From Orbicella franksi (Eukaryota), in assembly GCA_964199315.1 (NCBI GenBank), contig OZ116707.1, positions 16,306,001 to 16,370,000 of the forward strand: a stretch of DNA of 64,000 bases. The letters run 5' to 3'. Each line of letters begins with the position of its first letter. The stretch's first letter is position 1. Under the pieces are notes generated by a model. The model saw nothing but the letters and a program-made list of their open reading frames with translations, was not told the origin of the DNA and ran no database searches. Positions 61,801 to 64,000 of this stretch are shown piece after piece. The translations under genes and the position numbers were made by a program.

Positions 61801-63278
61801 GCGCGATTTTGCTTGAATTTGCATGTTGAAGGGGGAAAAAAAGCCCGTCAGAAGTGATGCTTTTTCTTACAATTAGCATCTCCTTAAATCTTTCGTACAT
61901 TTACGGCTGGGATAAAGCTTTCCCGCTTTTCCCGCTAATATGTATTGCTATTGTTTGCTATTGCCCATTCAAATTTTAGTATAAGGAGACGGATGCATTG
62001 AAACGCGGGCACATGAACAAGCCACAGAACCTTGCAATGATCTGTTTTACGGTAGAGTCGGGAATCGAGAGGAAAGCGCGCCCTTCCGAAAAACTGATCG
62101 ATCCTGCCGTAAGAGTTGCGTGAAAACAGTTCACTTGAGGGAAAACACAAGATGCGCGACGATAGAAGCAAATGGAAACGAGAAAATACGAGAAATTCGT
62201 GGACAAAAAGAAGGAGAGTAACATTCTTGTGCTAGGGAATTGGCACGTGTTTATTTTGCTACTGAAATGGAAGGCATCAGTGCCCTAATAAAACAATCGA
62301 ATGACCCTTGGTAAAGAAAAGTTGGTTACTTAACTATTGTATTCAAACTATCATGCATGGATGTGGCGCAAATTTCAAGCGTAGAGTTTGTGATTGTGTT
62401 TCGCCATCAAAACAATTAAATTCGTCAATCCCCGGAATACAATTCTCTTAACCACAAATGCAACTTTCCGTGCGAAAATGATCTTAAAATTGCTAAATCC
62501 AGCTTAAATCGGATCCATCGTGTCAAATCCTGAAAGTTCTTTAACCGGTTTGAAGCCGATAATAAAATATGCGACGTTTTGATTTCGGCATGCACGACCA
62601 CCTCAAGAGTTGTTGATAAGTTGATATCGGAGATTCAAAGTGGCATTACAACATTTAACACGCCGCCAGTAAGAAGCGATGATAAATTTATCTCCTGCAG
62701 TTTGACACATTTTCACACTTCTAAACGCCAGCATCGATAGAAAGCGCGCTCAACAGGCTAACCTTCAAGGCAGATGCATCAGTAAATCACTGCTACAATA
62801 AGGTAAATTAAAGGGCTGTTAGAAGAACAACAATACACAAATGCTTCTCAAGGAGACTGACTAATATGCGTGTTAGCGTACATTCGATTTCTGAAAATCT
62901 GACTTTGCAAACTCACAGGAACATGGCTTGAATTTCATTTTATATTTACATGCCTCTCTCCATAAAATAAAATTATCTGAACTAAAAGTATTATTACCAA
63001 AGACCGAGAGATTGAATAATTTGTGAGTTTCTTTGCTACTCTTTGATTTCTCTTATCAGTTGTGGTAGATACAATTACACTATTCTACCAGATCACAAGT
63101 TTCCGAAGGCTTTTTTCGGTTCAATTTCCGATAGTGCTGGATGACCTTCCGAATTTGACTGGTATCATCTTACAAGTATACAAGTTCCGTTTATCGTATG
63201 TGAAGCATCGGAAATTTTGCCTTCCGAAATTTGGAGATGTTCTCGCCAGCTACGAGGACTACGATCAAGAATGATTTC

Positions 63279-64000
63279 TGTCGGCGATGAAAGCGTTACA
63301 TTGAAACATGAACTTTGCGTGACAATGAAATATGAACTACTTGAACATTGAACTATTATGTAATCTATTGTACATGTATTGTGATCGAGAGACGCAAAAT
63401 AACCAGAGCGGATCAGAGAGAATAAAGGAGAATCAAAGTGAACCAGAGTGATTGTTTGCCATTAAACCATTTACAACAAAAGTGGCAACCCTGCCAGGAC
63501 CCTGTAACAGGAATCACCGAATATGGCGAAAACAGTTGAACAATTGACCAAAGCGATCAACGCGAAGCTTCAACTACTCAAGCTTACACAAGACCAAACA
63601 ACTAGCACAATTGAGAAGAAAAACATCACAACCATGGAGAGATTACGGAATACATTGAAGAAGGTGGAAGAGGTCCACGACTTTAAGACTACTGTACAAG
63701 AAATGATGTCTGAAGCAGGGAACAAAGAAGAAGAAATCCTGGAATGGAGTGCGAATATTGAAGAAGGCATGGGTGAATTTGAGAAAACAATCGACCACCT
63801 CAGCACAGCGATTAAGGAATTTCAGAGCAGTGAAACGCAAGCCGCGAAAAAAGAAGAGGAGCATGCCGCACAGCTCAGGGAGAAAAAGTACGAAGAAGAA
63901 ATACGATTCGAAAAAGCCAAATAGGAGCAAAAGCTCAAGTACGAGAAGAAGATCGACAAGAAAAAGGATCAAAACATCAACGCGAAACTGCCTAAACTTG
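63279..64000 (+). mobile_element. 5' end of a third BEL/Pao element: LTR 63279-63478, PBS 63483-63499, gag from 63523
   Basis: TGT...ACA 200 bp LTR candidate, PBS TGGCAACCCTGCCAGGA, coiled-coil gag with a stop at 63922-63924 followed by KLPKL at the window end. Confidence 0.72.

Noticed and set aside
57151-63270. Further named elements among the AT-rich repeats at 59-63 kb (for example short GC-rich MITE-like ends near 59905 and 61470)
   Set aside because: Only fragments were seen; I could not pair ends or find TSDs.

Overview
Eukaryotic, repeat-dense window made almost entirely of nested transposable elements. It is probably a marine invertebrate; a stony-coral-like genome is my inference from repeat types. 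I found no intact conventional host gene, rRNA or CRISPR array. From start to end: 3' part of a BEL/Pao LTR element inserted in a protein-kinase pseudogene that is also split by a 2.1 kb TA-flanked TIR element; a SWIM/MULE remnant; a Kolobok element (TTAA TSD) with a six-exon THAP transposase that splices in frame and a convergent KolX-like gene; a decayed RecQ-helicase + MULE-like transposase reading region; a Harbinger element (Myb/SANT + transposase) interrupted by an L1/Tx1 LINE; a 63-65 bp minisatellite; a SAP-SWIM-YqaJ nuclease gene split by a 13.4 kb P-like element (7 bp TSD) that carries a THAP transposase, a convergent second gene, a nested BEL element lacking RNase H and a nested pogo element; RecQ and hAT fragments; a 5.1 kb satellite-armed element with a 10 bp TSD carrying a 2.6 kb foldback and a kinase fragment; a near-complete DIRS1-like tyrosine-recombinase retroelement; a Zator-like transposase remnant; and the 5' end of a third BEL element. 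Family names come from motif recognition by eye; no database searches were run.
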